DNA from: Squalus acanthias
Lineage: Eukaryota
Length of the DNA: 64,000 nucleotides
NCBI GenBank assembly: GCA_030390025.1
Contig: JASTWF010000347.1
Span: forward strand, 248,001 to 312,000
Direction of reading: 5' to 3'
Position numbers and translations under genes: made by a program. The notes beneath the pieces were generated by a model. The model did not search any database. It saw only the letters and a program-made list of their open reading frames with translations, and was not told the origin of the DNA. How positions within the stretch are numbered: position 1 is the first letter of the stretch; each line of letters begins with the position of its first letter. Positions 61,920 to 64,000 of the stretch are shown here, one piece after another.

Positions 61920-63140
61920 TTTCCTCGCCTCACTTCCTGGTCCAAATGCGCCTCTTCTGTTCCTCAACCGCTCCATTCACCCAAGACACAGAGTATTATT
62001 TCGAGGACAGGCCGCTGAAGCGTAAAAAAGAATCAATTATCAGGAATTTCTTCACATCCTCAATGGCGGCAGTGCCTACCCAGAATGCCGCGCGGTTGGG
62101 AATACGCCCTATCTGAGTGACGGGGGCCCAGTGCGCAGGCGCAGTAGAGCCGGGTTCCTGGGCCGCCTGGAGGAAGATGGCGGTCGGGACAGGTAGGAGA
62201 GGGCGGGCGCGGTGGGAGAATAAAACACAAGGCCGGCTTTATAATAAAGTGGCTGCGGCCTTAGACCCGAATAACAGCCCCCGGGGCCGGTGTTCATCCA
62301 GCTGAAGAGCCCACAGGCCCCGTGTTTGCCCCGCGGTGACAGGCCCGGCCGCCCGGGTCAGCGGGGTCACTGGCCGCCATCTTGGGCAGGGCGGGATTTT
62401 TTGATTTGTTTCTGGGATGTGGGCGTCGCTGGCAAGGCCGCCATTTATTGCCCATCCCTAGTTGCCGTGGAGAAGGTGGTGGTGAGCCGCCTTCTTGAAC
62501 CGCTGCAGTCCGTGTGGTGAAGGTCGTAGCGGTTTGTGACAACTGAGTGACTCGCTGGGCCATTTCAGAGGGCAGTTAAGAGTCAACCACATTGCTGTGG
62601 GTCTGGAGTCACCAATAAGCCGGACCAGGTAAGGACGGCAGATTTCCTTCCCTAAAGGACATTAGTGAACCAGATGGGTTTTTACGACAATCCAATAGTT
62701 TCATGGTCACCATTACTGATACAAACTTTTCATTCCAGATTTATTGTACTTCATCTTTATTGAATTAACTGAATTTAAATTCCCCAGCTGCCGTGGTGGG
62801 ATTTGAACTCACGTCTCTGGATCATTAGTCCAGGCCTCTGGATTACTAGCCCAGTGACATTACCACTCTGCTATCGTCCCCATACGCGCATGCCCGGCCA
62901 TCTTGGTACAGGAACAGAGAATGGGCGGGGCTTCAGGGTCCCAGTGACCAGGAGAGACAATCATTGACTCATTGATTTTCTCACTCTGCACACAGCGGGT
63001 GTAGAACTGAACCCAACCAGAGTAGAGGGAGGGAGAAAACTGGGAGTGGAGGAAAGAAATGTTGGAGATGGTGCGATGGGTTTGGATTTCAGCACAGGGA
63101 GGAGGGAGAGTGTGTGGGACGGGGATTTACAGCTTTGGGG
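61920..63140 (+). promoter_or_regulatory. Promoter and exon 1 of ZNF unit G (coding exon outside the window), interrupted by a SINE
   Basis: ETS-like cacttcctgg, ZNF143-like tacccagaatgccgcgcg (62077), YY1-like motifs; 62900-63140 is near-identical to 58840-59075. Confidence 0.75.
62398..62882 (-). mobile_element. Full-length tRNA-derived SINE sharing its 3' tail with the LINE end at 61595-61916
   Basis: B box gagttcaaatccc; last ~125 nt match 61789-61916. Confidence 0.8.
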
Positions 63141-63196
63141 TTAAAATGTGTTATTTTGGTCATATTTCTAGATTTGCCATTTTCTGCCCACAGGGC

Positions 63197-63252
63197 AATC
63201 ACAGTGCACTGACCAATCACAGTGCACTGACCAATCACAGTGCACTGACCAA
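63197..63252. repeat. 18-bp tandem repeat (ccaatcacagtgcactga) x3
   Basis: Direct reading. Confidence 0.85.
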
Positions 63253-63509
63253 CACCTCAGCTTGTCAGAATAGGGCAGGTGGAACCGAGCCAGAGGCAGC
63301 TCTGGGACTTCATCTTCTAAACATTGGGTTGGGAAACAAGAATTCCGTTGTTTATTGGGCCCTGGGCGAGCACTGCCCTCCTTCCTACAATTTTAATATT
63401 TTGACGCATCTGTCTATTTATATACTGGAAATGTTTTAATTGCTTTCACAGCAAAATGCATTTAATATTAAACCTTCACAGGAGGCAACTGTGGTAACAA
63501 TTGAATAAA

Positions 63510-63738
63510 ACTCAGAGAGTTGTCGGGATCTGGAACACTCTCCCTGAAAAGGTCATGAGCTGATCCCATCAATGATTTTAAAAGGGAGTTGGGCGGGTAC
63601 TTGAGGATGAGGAATTTACAGGGTTACGGACAACAAGCAGGGATGTGGGACTAAGCACGACTGCTCATTCTAAGAGCCAGCACAGGCCCGATGGGCCGAA
63701 TGGCCTCCTTCGTGCTGTACTTTTCCATGATTCTATGA
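63510..63738 (+). mobile_element. CR1 3' end
   Basis: cagagagttgtcgggatctggaacactctccct...gggccgaatggcctcct...atgattctatg. Confidence 0.85.
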
Positions 63739-64000
63739 AAACTAACAGAACCAAACAAAGAAATGATCTTCCTTGGTTATCGATCATTTCACTAAATTTA
63801 ACAGAGTACTCCATACACCAACAACAACTTACCTTTATATAGCACCTTTAAAATGTCACAATAGTGCAGTCAGACAATAATCGACACACATACTTTTTGT
63901 GGTCCAGTGCACTGACACAAAGTTCCTTCACAACTCTAACAATTTTATTGCGGTTGCTGTGAAGGCTGCGCTCACTCTGCTCGTACACCTGGTCTCCAAA

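Overview
Repeat-dense vertebrate DNA, almost certainly from a cartilaginous fish (shark or ray): it contains an HE1-type V-SINE, SacSINE1-like Deu-SINEs and shark-type CR1 LINEs. The backbone is a cluster of finger-only C2H2 zinc-finger gene units built on one duplicated module: CpG promoter, short exon 1, intron, a conserved leader of three degenerate fingers, a variable finger array and a conserved 3' UTR. Six units have coding arrays (A-F), one is a truncated remnant (13.5-13.9 kb), and one (G) runs off the right edge. All six coding units share two in-frame TGA codons at DNA-contact positions of the leader fingers. Their main ORFs open at ACC-ATG-G in 2 copies and ACC-ACG-G in 4. The spacers are filled with nested CR1 and L2 LINEs, SINEs, Penelope-like ends carrying minimal hammerhead ribozyme motifs, a frameshifted hAT transposase, an LTR-element remnant and several minisatellites. 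Two host-gene pieces are each joined directly to a same-strand CR1 3' end: an orphan PEBP1 exon 1 and an intact intronless BTB-BACK-MATH-like ORF. An unnamed poly(A)-tailed, TSD-flanked, apparently non-coding retroelement occurs three times. Family names come from motif recognition only, with no database search, and repeat boundaries are approximate (about 10-30 bp).
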